DNA from: Paramoeba atlantica
Lineage: Eukaryota > Protista > Discosea
Direction: 5' to 3'
NCBI GenBank assembly: GCA_977017575.1
Contig: CDRNVI010000053.1
Span: 620,001-684,000 of the forward strand
Length of the DNA: 64,000 nucleotides
Shown: positions 18,611 through 28,698 of the stretch, one piece after another
How the letters are laid out: each line of letters opens with the position of its first letter
Position numbering within the stretch: position 1 is the stretch's first letter
Notes under the pieces: generated by a model
Database searches by the model: none
The model's input: the letters and a program-made list of their open reading frames with translations, nothing else
Told to the model about the DNA's origin: nothing
Translations under genes and position numbers: made by a program

Positions 18611-20371
18611 ATGCAACGATTGTTTGAAGTAGGTTTCGCAGGAGCTGAAAAACGACTCATCAAGATTTTGTACAAATCTCTTCCTCGACAAGTTAGCTTT
18701 CTTTCGAGTGCCTACACATGGAAAGCGAACGGTGATGAAATTGCCCCTTATCCTGTACAATTCGCTTCGAAAGATGAGGAAGAAAGCGTAGTTTCTGCCA
18801 TTAGTGCAATAGAACAAAATTGCGAAGTGAAAAGATGGGCCAACAGCTCTGGAACTGCTCGTGAGCCTCTTTCAAAGAAAGTACGAAGCTTTTTGTCAGA
18901 AATAGGCTTGTTTGGAGCGAATTTACCTTTTGAGAACGGCGGTCTTGGATTCTCAAACACGAGTCAAGTTTTTTTGTGGGATAGAATGGCACAATTATCT
19001 CCGTCACTCGCGCTATCCCTTCGACACTTACAATCCCTGGGATCGAGCTCCGTAGTTCATTTTGGAACTAAGGAGCAGCGCGGTAAATACTATCAAAATT
19101 TTGTAAATGGGTCCTACATCGCGACATTGGCATATTATGAAAATAACAACTTGGATCTGTACGGCAACTTGAATATGGTTGCGAAAGCGCAACCTGATGG
19201 CACCTATGCTTTGGAGGGACGGAAAACTGGAGTAAAACATGGCGACACAGCCACTCACTTCATAGTGTTTGCCAACACTGAAACACAAACGCTTCACGAG
19301 ACGGAAGGTACCGCAAGCACTGCTCATCGATTAAGCATGTTTATAGTGGAGAAGAGCAATCATACTATTGTCACTCCAAGCTCTATTTACTCGGAATTGT
19401 TCGACGTTGAGTTTCGCTCCGTTCCGGCGAAGCTTTCTCACATGCTCGGAGCAGCCGGAGAAGGACGTGCCGCGATGCTTGTGCTCACGCATTGTGGGCA
19501 CATTACGCAGGCGGCATCAGTGCTTGGGGCTACACGTAGTGTCCTGAAGCGAACTGCAAACGTGGATCGCGACATCTGTTCACTATTTTATGCAGCTGAA
19601 TCAGTGGTCTATTTAGTTGCCTCCAACATGGATCGGCAGGTGGAGGATCACATGATGGAGGATATGGCAATGAAGCTTTTTGTTAATAAAATGGCCCAAC
19701 AAGTCGCATGTAATCTATTAGAGTCGACGTCGATATCTACTGAAGCAAGCGGTATGTTCAAAGCTGACATTGAAGATCTCTTGCAATTATCGTGTACTGC
19801 CTCTCAAGATGAAGGTAATGACATATCTCTGGAGCAACTTCTGGCTTGTTTAGGTTGCGAAGAAGCTGCAGAACGTACCGCACACGTATCTACTTTGATT
19901 CTTATGCAAGAACGTGCGCTTCGGAGCATTGGTTTGCGTGAGAATCTCCGGCCCGCACTGGGTGTGTCAGCGCTGGAACACCACATCAATGAAGTGGAGA
20001 AAGATATTATTGCACTTTCAGATCGTGCTGAAAATTTGGTACTTCGCTATGGTACCAAATTACCAAAGCACACTCAACAGTTGAAATCACTGGCAGTTGT
20101 GACATGTGGCCTTTATGCGCGTGTTGCAGCTCTCGCTCGGGCAGCTCATGCTTATAGAAAAAAGGTCCCTACTGCAGGAGGAGAAATCAATCTAGCGTGC
20201 ATGTGGTGTGCACATGATCATGCATCCGCAGTCTTCTCTTTAAAAGAGATTGAATCATCTGGTTTACTGATTGCATCTACCAGTGATCGTATTTATCACG
20301 AGCTTTTGCTAAGACAGAAAAATGTGGCTGGAAGTCAAGTCCAAAGTCAACACGGTGCAGACAAGGCTTGA
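18611..20371 (+). CDS. Divergent acyl-CoA dehydrogenase family protein (VLCAD/ACAD9-like)
   Basis: IGLFGANLPFENGGLG, HFGTKEQRGKY, YALEGRK and ATHFIVFA segments plus a VLCAD-type C-terminal extension. Confidence 0.8.
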   Translation: MQRLFEVGFAGAEKRLIKILYKSLPRQVSFLSSAYTWKANGDEIAPYPVQFASKDEEESVVSAISAIEQNCEVKRWANSSGTAREPLSKKVRSFLSEIGLFGANLPFENGGLGFSNTSQVFLWDRMAQLSPSLALSLRHLQSLGSSSVVHFGTKEQRGKYYQNFVNGSYIATLAYYENNNLDLYGNLNMVAKAQPDGTYALEGRKTGVKHGDTATHFIVFANTETQTLHETEGTASTAHRLSMFIVEKSNHTIVTPSSIYSELFDVEFRSVPAKLSHMLGAAGEGRAAMLVLTHCGHITQAASVLGATRSVLKRTANVDRDICSLFYAAESVVYLVASNMDRQVEDHMMEDMAMKLFVNKMAQQVACNLLESTSISTEASGMFKADIEDLLQLSCTASQDEGNDISLEQLLACLGCEEAAERTAHVSTLILMQERALRSIGLRENLRPALGVSALEHHINEVEKDIIALSDRAENLVLRYGTKLPKHTQQLKSLAVVTCGLYARVAALARAAHAYRKKVPTAGGEINLACMWCAHDHASAVFSLKEIESSGLLIASTSDRIYHELLLRQKNVAGSQVQSQHGADKA

Positions 20372-20559
20372 TATTAAGCTTGATGTATGTAGGAGGCATC
20401 TTTTTTGTGCGTAAAAATTGTTAAACTTATTGGTTCACCGGCACTATAAATGTAGGTTGAAAACAAGTAAAATTTGTTTGAACAATCATGCCCAAAAGGA
20501 CTCAGGCAAAAGTTTTTGATCTTTCGTTGATCTCTTTTCTTATTTATTTTTTTGGCTTA

Positions 20560-20770
20560 CTTACCAGACCACACGTTTTTTCGATCAGATGTGCCCCCTA
20601 CCTCTAATGGTAAGACCCCAAAAAACGTCCGAAATATGGGGAGAATACGAAATATGGGGAGAATCGGGTATTTGTACCAAAAGTTGGATTATTCTGGATC
20701 GTTTCGCAATTTTTTCCTTTTTAGTCTCTTCATTAAACGCGGAAGCAGTTCTCAACGCGAAACGGGTAGC
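20560..20770 (+). repeat. Degenerate copy of the repeat forming the 58842-60446 fold-back arms
   Basis: Colinear match to about 60190-60395, e.g. TTTTTAGTCTCTTCATTAAACGCGGAAGCAGTTCTCAACGCGAA versus TTTTTAGGCTCTTCGTTAAACGCGGTGGTAGTTTTCAACGCGAA. Confidence 0.8.
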
Positions 20771-21136
20771 CGTGGTGGCTTCCAAGAGGGTTCAAACTGG
20801 ATGGGAGTGTCTGGGAGCGCCTGGGAGCGCACCTTATCCTTTTTACAGGTCACCAATACGAAGTAGACCAATGTAGTATATCCTGGGCGGTCCATTGAGT
20901 ATTCCAAGCATTGAAATATAAGTTGGAACGTCATGAGTATGAGTGGAAACGTTTTAAAAAGTCACGTAAAAGTTTTTTCGAGCGGAAAAAAATCATCAGA
21001 AAAAAATGGATTTTAACCTACATTTATAGTGCCGATTACCCAACTTATTTTATGTGACTTACTCTATTGATTATTCAGCACGCACTTCGCGTTACATATT
21101 CGTCCACTGTATGTAATGTCATAGGCACATGAATTA

Positions 21137-21663
21137 CACCCCCGCCAAAAAGTATTGTTCACAAAAATGGCCGACACAAAAAGTATTGTATTTATTAGTA
21201 TCAACCACTTTTTTGACTTTTGACCAGAAACGCAGGAACCTGAGGCGCGTAGGAAAGCCATTGAAAGATCAGAAACTCGCCGTAAAGAATCATTTGGAAT
21301 GTCGCGGAAAGCTAAGGCAAGATTTGAGCAGGCTCGGAATATGGTTCCTCTCGCGCACTATTTTAGCGTTGAGTAGTTAAAATAATTAAATCACAGTGCC
21401 AGTGCTACAAGAAGTGCCAGTGCTACACTTTTTCCTCGCAAAACCAGTTATTTAGATCTCGTGATAGTTACTAGTATTTTAGTTCTTATGATTCGACCTG
21501 TTTTTTTGCTTCACAGTACTTTACACAGATCCGATATGATAAGTGCAACTTTTTGGAGGTCAGTAGCAGCTCGTGGAAATCAACAAAAAGTATTCTATTT
21601 ATTAGTATCGACCAAAACTTCGTGGTCGATACTAATAAATTACAGTACTTTTTGGCGGGGGGG
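21137..21663. mobile_element. Non-autonomous Tc1/mariner-type MITE (527 bp)
   Basis: TIRs C(A/C)CCCCCGCCAAAAAGTA(T/C)TGT at both ends, each flanked by TA (21135-36, 21664-65); internal copies of the TIR motif; no transposase. Confidence 0.8.
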
Positions 21664-21788
21664 TATGTTAGTTGTACCATTCTGCCATTGAAATCTTGGA
21701 AAATTTAGTATGTTGGCAAAACATTGCGGACTTCATTTACCGGGTAAAACTAAAATGATCTGATTTCATATTCCATTTTTCGACTACT

Positions 21789-22289
21789 ATGTTCTTTCAA
21801 AGTAAGCAACGTTTAGCTCGTAACTTTGGACGAGATTGGAGCAAAAGGCGGCTCTATTGGACACTTCGAAACAAACTCGAAATTGAAAAATCCTTCAGAG
21901 ATTCGTGGATTCGATGGACCTCTCGTGCCGTACAGCGCTGCGATGAGCCTTTGTGCCACAACATGAGTCAAGCGGAGACCTTGGCTTTTCAGAAGAAAAT
22001 GACATGCTACATGTACAATTTAGAAGGGGTGAGTCACCTCGATTATCTTACTATGCCATGGAGAGACTATGGTCACGGTATATCAGGGGTTCCAGGAACA
22101 GGAGACTGGGTAAGTATGATAAATCTTAATCACTTTACATGGTATCAAATGGTACGCAAGGGCTTCGTATTGGTATATCGTTGTCATGTAAGAGGCCTGG
22201 GGTCCGACCCATACTTACTTAAAGGGGGCTACGAGTACCGATGGAAAAAGTGTATAGATCGAGACGTCGGTCATTACACAAGGGCGTAG
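21789..22289 (+). CDS. Hypothetical 166-aa basic protein, possibly mitochondrial
   Basis: ATG-initiated compact ORF, R/K/W/Y-rich, with a presequence-like N-terminus (MFFQSKQRLAR). Confidence 0.75.
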   Translation: MFFQSKQRLARNFGRDWSKRRLYWTLRNKLEIEKSFRDSWIRWTSRAVQRCDEPLCHNMSQAETLAFQKKMTCYMYNLEGVSHLDYLTMPWRDYGHGISGVPGTGDWVSMINLNHFTWYQMVRKGFVLVYRCHVRGLGSDPYLLKGGYEYRWKKCIDRDVGHYTRA

Positions 22290-22479
22290 CAAAATAGAAA
22301 CATATCATAAATTTATTATAATTTATAATAAATTTAAAAAAAAAATAGTATTTTTCACTGTGGCACACATATTTTTAGTTTTCAAAAAACGCTTTCTGAC
22401 ACGTAATATCATGTACATCGCGTAATATCATAGCACAATAGTTAGAATAGTCTATTATTGATCTGCGTATCTCTCGTTA

Positions 22480-24453
22480 ATGTTTCTGTCATCTCGTTGT
22501 CTCCCGAGCTTGATTTCATCGTTGCCACTTCACGTAATATATGAAATGGAATCGTGTAGTCAGATCATTCCGGAAATAATAAAACTTCCGAAAAGTACAG
22601 ACACGAACCATTCGAGTTCTAGATTGCAGTTATCAGATTCTCTCCCAGACTTTACATCCATTCCTCATCTTTTTCGTTGGCTTCGTGAGCAATTTCTCAA
22701 AAAAGATTTTGAAGCCCCATGGCAAGCTGTCATGCAGAGTATATTCCGCCAGATAAGAAGATATGGTTGTGGAAATAGCTTGAAACACGTCAAGACTCTT
22801 CAAGATGGCAGACACATGTTGCGAACCGCAAATGAATTACAGAAAACCACTTTTTTGGGTCCTGCTGAGGTATTGACATACTCTTTGTCACAACTGCACC
22901 GTCTGAATATGCCGAAATATGTGTTGTCGAACTTTGCCGAGCATATTCAACATTTTTTTTGGGAACATCCAACGTACCGAACGTACCTTCCTCTCTTGCG
23001 AGAGATACTAAAATTTGAATTTTCTCAACAAGATAATCACGTGCTTTGGGGAGATATAATCGATGACGTATGCAAAACCGTTTCTAGCTCCGCAGAGTCT
23101 ACATGTCTAACTTTTTCCGAGGTACTTGAATATGCACAAGTTCTTGCTCGAATGGACATCAGGAATGATCTTCTTTGCTCTATCACCCAAAGGTTTGAAA
23201 ATCTCTTGCCAAGGAACTCAATTTCTAACTCAAACATAAGACTATGCAAGGCTGATTTTGGCTGCTCAAATTATTTGTCGTCTTTGGGAGCAATAACATC
23301 CGACCAAGTATGCGTTTCCACTGCAGAATTTATGATATTACTTCGAATTATTGACAATACTCCCGTCACTACTGAAAAACTCCCTATTTCTCCAGGAAAT
23401 TTGCGTGTGTTGCAAAGTTGTCGCCTTCGACTAACGTCCTATATCTACACATTTCTTCGCACAAGATTTCGAACAGAAACTTGGGCGTTACACAATATGA
23501 TGGAATTAGTGGTTTTAATGGCCAAGGTTCGGAGCCGCGCTTATTTTTCCCCACATGAAACACTGTTGTATTCTGTTATGCAGCGCATACGGCAAAAAAT
23601 ATGCAACCCGGTACACACCTCACAATTTTCGGATGAACAGGTAAGTTATATTACTCCTGAAGTTTGGGCTCAAACTTATAGTGCAGCACAAGAATTTCAT
23701 CAGGTTGATATAGCGGATCATATTATTTCTTGTCGAATTTCGGAACACACATCTCGACTAGTGAATAACCGTGTGCTTGAAACGGTTCTTCGGTCACATC
23801 TACAGGCATTGTATGAGTACAATCATAGCCCTAGTCGTACTTTACGTCTGCCTTCCACTTTCATAAATGACATACGTAAGACGTTGCAACACTGGGTGGA
23901 TTATGATCAACTGTGCGAATTAGCTTTCGACAGTTCAGAAAGTGATGTAAGGTGCAATGAAAAGTGGGCGGTGACATCGTTGGTTCTACCCCTACTATTA
24001 CAAAGCGGGAATCTTAATCGAACCTTATACAGCGATATTACGAGGCGGTTGCACTCTTTGTTAACATATGTAAGTTGTCATTCCGGTTGTGAAAAAGGCT
24101 CTTCAAATTCCGATAAATTTGCTTCCAAGACAATAGAAGAAAATATACTTACGAATTCTAGGCTTCTCTTATCGAACGAGGAGCTTGCTTTTTTTCTGCA
24201 CACAATTTTGCACTTTAATGAAGGAACAACTCCTGTTTTTTTGCATCAAAAACGAGAAGTTGTTTTGTCTTATCCTCAGCGTATGCTAGTGTCTCTTGTG
24301 TGCGATAAGCTCATAGAAAATAAATCTGAACGGCTTTCCAGCATGGCGAAAAGTGTATTGGTTAAATGCACAGAATCTTCTTGTCTCATTAACAAAAGAT
24401 TGGAAGCCTTGTTTATGAAACCCATTCGTCGCGCACTGAGAGTTAGTACATAA
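22480..24453 (+). CDS. Hypothetical 657-aa helical protein
   Basis: Long ATG-initiated ORF in the same direction as the cluster; no motif recognised. Confidence 0.8.
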   Translation: MFLSSRCLPSLISSLPLHVIYEMESCSQIIPEIIKLPKSTDTNHSSSRLQLSDSLPDFTSIPHLFRWLREQFLKKDFEAPWQAVMQSIFRQIRRYGCGNSLKHVKTLQDGRHMLRTANELQKTTFLGPAEVLTYSLSQLHRLNMPKYVLSNFAEHIQHFFWEHPTYRTYLPLLREILKFEFSQQDNHVLWGDIIDDVCKTVSSSAESTCLTFSEVLEYAQVLARMDIRNDLLCSITQRFENLLPRNSISNSNIRLCKADFGCSNYLSSLGAITSDQVCVSTAEFMILLRIIDNTPVTTEKLPISPGNLRVLQSCRLRLTSYIYTFLRTRFRTETWALHNMMELVVLMAKVRSRAYFSPHETLLYSVMQRIRQKICNPVHTSQFSDEQVSYITPEVWAQTYSAAQEFHQVDIADHIISCRISEHTSRLVNNRVLETVLRSHLQALYEYNHSPSRTLRLPSTFINDIRKTLQHWVDYDQLCELAFDSSESDVRCNEKWAVTSLVLPLLLQSGNLNRTLYSDITRRLHSLLTYVSCHSGCEKGSSNSDKFASKTIEENILTNSRLLLSNEELAFFLHTILHFNEGTTPVFLHQKREVVLSYPQRMLVSLVCDKLIENKSERLSSMAKSVLVKCTESSCLINKRLEALFMKPIRRALRVST

Positions 24454-24698
24454 AAGTTATTTATGTGTACTTATGGGAGGGAGAGTATTTATTTTTTATG
24501 CAAGGTCGGTTTAAGCCCGTTAAGTTGTAATTTCAATTTATTTTGTATTGGAAGAGGGACAAAGTGAGTACCTACAGGTGCTTAGAAGCATTCTGGTCTC
24601 ACATTATACTATCGATATTGCGCATTTTTGATGCAAATGTGCATCTTATTGATGTATTTATATTGAGCATATTATTATTTTTTTGTGGAGTGAGTAAA

Positions 24699-25079
24699 AT
24701 GTCTGGAATTGGTGAACGCACTGAACTTCATCATGTTTATAAACAATGGAGTAACAGGCAGGAAGAACTTAACAATTATTTGACGTGTTTCGTTTCCGAC
24801 TTGCTACAAGAGGTAGCTTCGAACGCAGAAAATGAACTAGTTAATATAAAGTCTTGTGAAAAGAGAATAGAAGCCTCTGCAAGTGAGGTTTCAGAAATAA
24901 TTGAGTGGGCATTAGCTTCCGTTAAGGAAAAAAGAGCTGATCTAAAACCTGATAAAAGTCTTTCACCTATTTTTTTTGTTTCTGACTGCAGGAAGTGTCA
25001 TATTAACTCTACTAGTAAACGGTCTTACCGTGCGTCCGCTCTTGAATTGGATTGGTTCGCAATGTGGGAAAGGTCCTAA
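24699..25079 (+). pseudogene. Truncated copy of the TPR/Mlp-like gene (first 91 codons, then out-of-frame sequence to a stop)
   Basis: Identical to 50583-50855, then reads FFVSDCRK...MWERS* across the duplication junction. Confidence 0.9.
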
Positions 25080-26952
25080 TTTTGCAGCAGATAGGAAGGA
25101 ATTGCATTACGCCGCACAAGATTTGGTCCGAACATTAGACTTCAAAATTTATGAACTCGGGATGAATGAAATGTTTCAATCAACTAATGTTGGATTCCTT
25201 AGAGATGAAAAGAATCGTCTCCTGAGATCGTTTCATCCCTTACTACACGAAATTCCCGATGTAACAGTATCAAAAGAGTTGGACAGTGCAAGACGTATTT
25301 ACATGAGAGTTTTTGAATCTTTACTTCTTGACCGTGATAACCAATCACTTATTACGTGCGACGCATTCCACATCCTTCTACACGGCGCTCAAAAATCCAT
25401 AGAAGAAAGACGAATTATGGTTCTAGAGGATTTTATCTGGACGCACTCGGGTTTACACGTCTTTTATTATTTACGAAGCTTTATTCAACGATTAGTAAAA
25501 GATCAGCGGGGTTCGAGTCTACCGTCTAGGCTATGGCTTCGATTTCAATTAATTATGGCGTATAGCATGATACTTCCTAAACTTGCACACAACTTTTCAT
25601 TACAGAATTTCATTCACCCACTGGTACGGTCAGGTTTAAAACAAATTGTACGTTCACAACTCAAGAGAGCCGAAATTTTGGTCGATTCTTTTAAATTACA
25701 GCATCCGGAGCTCAGCGTTAAGTTTCATACATTGCTTGCTCATCGATTAATGGTACATACAGCATCAGAGAGGTTGAGGGTACTACAACATCGGGGTACT
25801 ATATCCATAGAAAATTACATAGCAGTGGAAACAGTTTTAAAGAATTTACCAAGGACATGTGGTCTTTGTATGGACGTCACTTATTCGAATATTGGAGCAG
25901 TCTTGCGACAGAACAAGAGCCTTGCATCGTTGTCTGAAGATGAACTTCAAATTTTGGAGGAAGACGCATTTATTCAATGCTGCGAATCCGAATCGCCCAT
26001 TCCATGTATTGCAGGTCAATTGGCTTTTCTAATTAGTGGAAAGGTAAGACATAGCTTTACGGACGTGCAATTGGGTGAAGGAATGGTTTTTGGCGAGTCT
26101 TGCACAAATTTGGCAAAACTTTTTGATTTGGTCCCAACGAATCATATGTATGTTTGCCATTCGGATTCAGTTTTCTTAATTCTCACACGAAAGAAAATAT
26201 GTTCTTTCGCGTCATCCAACAAAATTTTATCAGATTCCTTATTGGCGCTTGAGGCGCTTAAATGTGTTTTACCGTGTTTGTCGCAGTCATCTCCTTCTAT
26301 AAATTGGAATAACGAACAACGATGGCTTGCACTACGGGAAAGTGTTCTTTACAACGTTGGAGATGCGAACTCTTGCCTTCAGTTTGATTTATCGACTGCA
26401 AGTTTCTTTCTCCTTTGCGGAAGAAGTGCTTGTGGGTACTATGCGCATGATGGCACACCGATTGAGATAGTTATGGCAAATCGACATCCGGTGACAGAGC
26501 ATAGTTCAAACTTCGCCGAATTCCTTAATTTCGAGACTTTTCTAACGCTAGAATGGGAGGCAAATTCTCAATTTCTGATTTTCCCTTTGGATCTCAAGCA
26601 AAATCCGTTATGGGGTGTTACAGACTCCCTACGTAAAGTGATATCTGTCCATCAGGATGCACACATGCGCAATCCTTTTTCAGAAGAAAATATGCCGCGC
26701 AGCGAAGATATCTCAGCAGTAGCATCTCTTTTGATGAACAACGAGAATGCAGCTTTAGATAGCGAGATAATCGATCACACAAATTCCTCCGTATTTTGGC
26801 TAGAGATGCGGAACGCACCATCCCGTTTTTGTGACATATGGTATAGTGTAATTGGTATCAAGAACGCGGTACTGGAATTCGTGCGGGGCTGTTTCGTCCA
26901 TGCGGGTCGCTTTGTGACCTACTTACGATCCAATAGGTACTATCATCGATAG
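24972..26952 (+). pseudogene. 5'-truncated SOS1/NHX7-like Na+/H+ exchanger (last TM helix plus cytosolic tail)
   Basis: FLTAGSVILTLLVNGLT matches the CPA1 final TM helix (SOS1 GIVFLTLIVNGST). ARRIYMRVF...AFHILL and HPELSVKFHT...LRVLQHRG match SOS1 tail helices; CNBD-like region follows. No upstream ATG in this frame. Confidence 0.75.
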
Positions 26953-27160
26953 ATAGCAGATACCCCTATAATTCTCACCCCTTTTGTCTTCAGTTCTTCC
27001 CGTTTTGTTAGTCGTCGTGTTTCACTTTACCTCAGAAGTAAATTGTAGAAGCAAACAACTTCATGTGCATTTATCTTGCTTCTTCTTTGTCCTTAACTTA
27101 CACTTTCTTAGTTCTCAATTGATACTCACAAGAGCATCACGTACATGTATTTCTTACCCA

Positions 27161-28498
27161 ATGCTTACCAGTACGTCCCATACAAGAATCTCCGTCGCCT
27201 CTCCTATCCTTCATCCACGAGATGCACAAGTTAGTGACCGTAACTCCGGGAAGATATCGTCTTACACAACTCCGGTCCCATCGGATGCGCAGCTTATTCG
27301 CAAAGAGGAGGAAGGTGGGATGGAGGTAATCATGTATCTACAGTACGTGGGCGGACGCGCGAACGTTTCAGATGTAGAGCAAAATGTTCGTTGGATTGAG
27401 AAGTTCGACTCTTCATGCGGGACACTCTTAAAATTTCTGGAGCAACGTCCTCACATATTTGCGCTCTCTGCTGACAACGAAATGGTTACGGCCATTAGTC
27501 GCAGCATAAATCCAGAGACAACGAAACGTGCCCCGCTTCCCCGAGACAAATCACGACAAAGACAGACTCCTGCAGCTCACGGAAAAGTGGGATCGATGTG
27601 TGTTGCCGCATCGATTGATTTGGAAGAACTTCAACGGAGGTTCAAGCGCCTGGATTATTCTAGTGTTCTTGCAACCAAAGTGCTACATGTTACAAACAGA
27701 GGTCCGACCTCGAACAGTGTTGACTTGCAAGGAAATCAAGACAAGTTTGATCTGTTCGTTTTCTCGTACGGGTCGCTTGTGTGGTGGGGTACTGATATAA
27801 GCTCCTTTCGTATGATTGAAAATGATTTTTTACGGCGAGGTACCGCACTAGAACATGTAATAAAGGATCGATATAGGCAGTCCTGTCTAGAAGATTTGTT
27901 TCCTTTCTGGTGTACATTTGCTGTTGCTTCTGAGGATGATATCATGCAAAACGGGAGATTTCTTGAGGCGCTTCAGCGTGATCACATACTCCTGACGTCC
28001 GACAGTCCTCCTTATAAGCAGGCAATTAGTCATGCACTCGCTCAAAGCGCCAAATTAGATGTCGTCGAACCCATGATACTGGAACTTTTGCGAATATGTA
28101 AACCTCTTCCATTGCAAATTCGTGATCAAGGCCATGCCAATATTTCGCATACACGTGTTAATCAATTAAAAGGGGAGCTTTTCTTATATCGCATGGAGCT
28201 AAGAAGTGATAGCGAGCTGCTGGAAGAACCAGAATTTTTTTGGGAACTTCCATGGTTTAAGCCTGGATTCAAAATGGTGCGTGATGACTATGGTATTGAC
28301 AGTCGCGTAATGCAACTAGATGAGAAACTCTCTGCCGCTCAATTGACGCTTTCAATGATTGGAGAGCAATTTGATGAAGAGCACGGCCGTCGCTTGGAAT
28401 GGATTATCATCGTACTTATTCTTATTGAAGTAGTGATTGCTGTCATTGAACTTCTTTTGGAGGTCGGACTTGGATTTTCGCTACCTTATTCAGCCTAG
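27161..28498 (+). CDS. RMD1/DUF155 family protein (duplicate)
   Basis: Identical translation to 1277-2614. Confidence 0.88.
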   Translation: MLTSTSHTRISVASPILHPRDAQVSDRNSGKISSYTTPVPSDAQLIRKEEEGGMEVIMYLQYVGGRANVSDVEQNVRWIEKFDSSCGTLLKFLEQRPHIFALSADNEMVTAISRSINPETTKRAPLPRDKSRQRQTPAAHGKVGSMCVAASIDLEELQRRFKRLDYSSVLATKVLHVTNRGPTSNSVDLQGNQDKFDLFVFSYGSLVWWGTDISSFRMIENDFLRRGTALEHVIKDRYRQSCLEDLFPFWCTFAVASEDDIMQNGRFLEALQRDHILLTSDSPPYKQAISHALAQSAKLDVVEPMILELLRICKPLPLQIRDQGHANISHTRVNQLKGELFLYRMELRSDSELLEEPEFFWELPWFKPGFKMVRDDYGIDSRVMQLDEKLSAAQLTLSMIGEQFDEEHGRRLEWIIIVLILIEVVIAVIELLLEVGLGFSLPYSA

Positions 28499-28698
28499 TT
28501 TTTGCACTCAATAAGCTTCAAGATTCATCGGTATGTACTTTTGATTAATCGTAGGTTTGGACTCACGATCCTGATTTAAGTTTCTGATTCGAATTCATTA
28601 AGAGATTTTTTTTCTCGTAAAATTTGCAAGCAATGTAAGGTACATGTAGGTAAATATTAACAGCATTTTCGTTTCAAGTCATAATTTTATTTTATTAA

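Larger units (their letters stand above)
1..24971 (+). repeat. Tandem segmental duplication, copy A (begins upstream of the window)
   Basis: All ORF coordinates recur at a constant +25,884 offset with identical translations; homopolymer spot checks are identical. The last shared base is 24971/50855. Confidence 0.97.

Noticed and set aside
22308-22336. 14-bp AT-only inverted repeat after the 166-aa gene
   Set aside because: Composed only of A/T in an AT-rich spacer; easily produced by slippage.
24543-24698. ORF-track N-terminal extensions (also 1100-1276 and 50427-50582)
   Set aside because: They start at TTG in T-rich spacers that look like splice-signal regions; the downstream ATGs are more plausible.
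24699-26952. In-frame TPR-exchanger fusion protein at the junction
   Set aside because: The frames differ by one base; the TPR frame stops at 25079.
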